A stretch of DNA of 64,000 bases from Porphyridium purpureum (taxonomy: Eukaryota), in NCBI GenBank assembly GCA_008690995.1, contig VRMN01000010.1, positions 496,001 through 560,000 of the forward strand. The letters are read 5' to 3'. Under the pieces are notes generated by a model. It did no database searches. It had not been told where the DNA came from and saw only the letters and a program-made list of their open reading frames with translations. This document shows, piece by piece, positions 61,943 through 64,000 of the stretch. Made by a program: the position numbers and the translations under genes. Every line of letters starts with the position of its first letter. Position 1 is the first letter of the stretch.

Positions 61943-64000
61943 ATGAGTTGTACGAATTTGGTCGTGGCTCTGGAGGAACGACGGAGGTGGGGACGACATG
62001 GACAGAGCGGAGTAGAAACCGGCGGCCGGATTTTGGGGCATCCTGCGCTTGGCGCACGATTCGATATGGAGCGGAAGCTGGATGCACATGACGGATGTGT
62101 AAACCGATTGAGCTGGAGTGAGTGCGGGACTTTTTTGCTGTCAGGGTCAGACGATTTGACCCTTTGTATCTGGAATCCTTCGCTGCCAGTGGATGCGCGC
62201 CTGGCGAAGGAAAAGGCAGGGGACCCCGCTGCGCTGGTGCATCGCGTCAGCACTGCGCATGTGGCCAACATCTTTGGAGTGCGCTTCTTGCCTTGCACCA
62301 ACTCACAGGTGCTAGTGTCAGGCGGTATGGATGCAAACGTCTGTGTCACTGACATACGTGCTCCCGAGGCACCGAGGGTATTTGCCGTGCATAAAAACCG
62401 CGTCAAGACGGTCGAAGTCGAACCCTTGAACCCGCATCTCGTTTTTTCGGCAGGCGAGGACGGCCGACTCTTCCAAATTGACCTGCGCAAGGGCTCTTTG
62501 CGGGAACCGCTTGGCGCCGACATTCTGTTGGAAAGCGGCAGCGCACGTGTTGCGTTCAAGTGCGCAGCTATTAATCCTGTCAGAGTGAATGAAATTCTCG
62601 TGGCATCAAGCGACGAGTACTTGCGTCTGTATGACCGCAGGATGATGGACAATACGAATGGTCATGAAAACAGGACCATGCAGCAGATGGTGCATACGAC
62701 ATTTGCACCGAAGCACATGCAATTGTCGCGTTACTTCTACGACGAACCGTTTGTCACGCACGCCGCGTTCAGCGCGGACGGGCGCCAAATTGTGGCAAAC
62801 TATTCAAATGATTATGTCTACACGTTCGACAACACGGGCACCAGTACGGACGCCGCGTCGAATCGGGCGAAACGGCCCGTGCGTACGGGTGGCAAAAGCG
62901 CGCATTCGATTCGACGTGCATCAACTAGCAGGACTCGAACCGCTCTGGAGCGTGGCCATGAGCATGCCAAGCATGCGCGATGGGCACGAGCGGCAGAAGT
63001 TTTAGGACCAGCAACGACAACCTGCCACATTGGCTCCGCGCAAGGAGAAGTACTTGAGTGTTGTGTGTTGTCGGCGCAAGCGCTGGCGCTTCGCGCATAC
63101 GCACTGAGGGAGCGAAAATGGTACGGCGATGTCCGGCTCGGCCTTGCGGACGTGCAGAACGTGCTTGATTGGTGTGCGTCCGCGTCTTCGTGCTCTTGTA
63201 CGCCGCCGCCGTGGCTTCCGAAGATGCAAGCTATCATGAGCTGGCTCAAATTAGAGCTGGTCGTCGAGCTGTGCTTCGGGTACTCGGACTCGTCACGCCT
63301 GCCGCGCCGTAGTTCGCAATGGAAAGAGCTGCAGCAACGTTTGGCGTCTGGTCTGGCATGTTTCCTCCCGGACGTGCAGCTTTCAGTTGACAAACTAGGC
63401 CTCGATGAAACCGACTTGTGCGGTTTGAACCCATTTTGGCAGAATGTGTGTGCAGCGATTCCCGACTCAATGAAACGGACCGCCGAACGAATACGAGCAC
63501 AGGCCCCATCAAAGACCGAGCCAGATTCTTTGGATGCGACTGTTCCCGCCAATAATGACCGGAACAGCTTAAAAGAGCTGTGGAAGCTTCTGGGTGATCT
63601 GAAGCAGGTGGGCTATCGATCACGTTTTACGGGTGCGACCAATTTTGCAACAGATATCAAGGAGGCGAGCTTTTTGGGAGAGCATGGCGAACTGGTGCTG
63701 GCCGGCAGTGATGATGGACGATTGTATGTATGGGACAATTGCTCGAATCCGTCGCGGCTACTGTGCGCGCTCCAAGCAGACTCGGATGTACTCAACTGCG
63801 TCCAGGCACACCCATCCCAAACGCTTGTTGCCACAAGTGGTATTGAAGACACCATTCGATTATGGACACCGTGCGCCGAGGCGCCGCAGAGCAGAACAGA
63901 GCTGGATGAGATAGTTGACGAGCACTTCTCAGAGTCCGCCGAGTTTGAAATGGACTCTTTTGGAATTCCGCTACCAATGTTTGTTTTACAACGCCTTGCC
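61943..64000 (+). CDS. WD40 protein, WDTC1/DCAF6/DCAF8-like; runs off window end
   Basis: Manual translation: MSCTNLVVALEERR...LDAHDGCVNRLSW...LLSGSDD...HVANIFGVRF...HKNRVK...SAGEDG...TDIKEASF...AGSDDG...VLNCVQAHP...ATSGIEDTIRLW. Confidence 0.9.
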   Translation, partial: MSCTNLVVALEERRRWGRHGQSGVETGGRILGHPALGARFDMERKLDAHDGCVNRLSWSECGTFLLSGSDDLTLCIWNPSLPVDARLAKEKAGDPAALVHRVSTAHVANIFGVRFLPCTNSQVLVSGGMDANVCVTDIRAPEAPRVFAVHKNRVKTVEVEPLNPHLVFSAGEDGRLFQIDLRKGSLREPLGADILLESGSARVAFKCAAINPVRVNEILVASSDEYLRLYDRRMMDNTNGHENRTMQQMVHTTFAPKHMQLSRYFYDEPFVTHAAFSADGRQIVANYSNDYVYTFDNTGTSTDAASNRAKRPVRTGGKSAHSIRRASTSRTRTALERGHEHAKHARWARAAEVLGPATTTCHIGSAQGEVLECCVLSAQALALRAYALRERKWYGDVRLGLADVQNVLDWCASASSCSCTPPPWLPKMQAIMSWLKLELVVELCFGYSDSSRLPRRSSQWKELQQRLASGLACFLPDVQLSVDKLGLDETDLCGLNPFWQNVCAAIPDSMKRTAERIRAQAPSKTEPDSLDATVPANNDRNSLKELWKLLGDLKQVGYRSRFTGATNFATDIKEASFLGEHGELVLAGSDDGRLYVWDNCSNPSRLLCALQADSDVLNCVQAHPSQTLVATSGIEDTIRLWTPCAEAPQSRTELDEIVDEHFSESAEFEMDSFGIPLPMFVLQRLA

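Noticed and set aside
61334..62089. ORFs of 251 aa and 100 aa across the minisatellite
   Set aside because: Open frames arise from the repeat itself; the real gene starts at 61943 on the + strand.

Overview
Eukaryotic, gene-dense, nearly intron-less nuclear DNA. It has plastid transit peptides starting MAF/MAAF and a cyanobacterial-type S4-domain gene, consistent with a compact red alga such as Porphyridium (inference). Recognisable housekeeping genes: DHQ dehydratase/shikimate dehydrogenase, class II eIF4E, uL10, F-box protein, PUS10, glutathione reductase, cyclin H, Aurora kinase, complex I subunit, NAA40 (one intron), SLC4 transporter, FKBP12, plastid pyruvate kinase, RAD5/16-type SNF2 ATPase and a WDTC1/DCAF6-like WD40 protein. 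Three unusual systems stand out. (1) A head-to-head, near-identical inverted duplication of a sugar-phosphate cyclase whose motifs resemble bacterial 2-deoxy-scyllo-inosose synthase more than DHQ synthase. (2) A ~9 kb cluster of a small-protein family I do not recognise (four intact genes and one pseudogene) sharing LLDMPLDLDL (EAR-like), RSLSSRVP and SELFIxAEMxRKFG motifs, with a bacterial-looking gene inside it. (3) A divergent pair of ~8-TM + class 3 lipase fusion genes whose catalytic ends look homogenised by gene conversion. A GTACAGY motif recurs in many promoter regions. All family assignments are from motif recognition; no searches were run.
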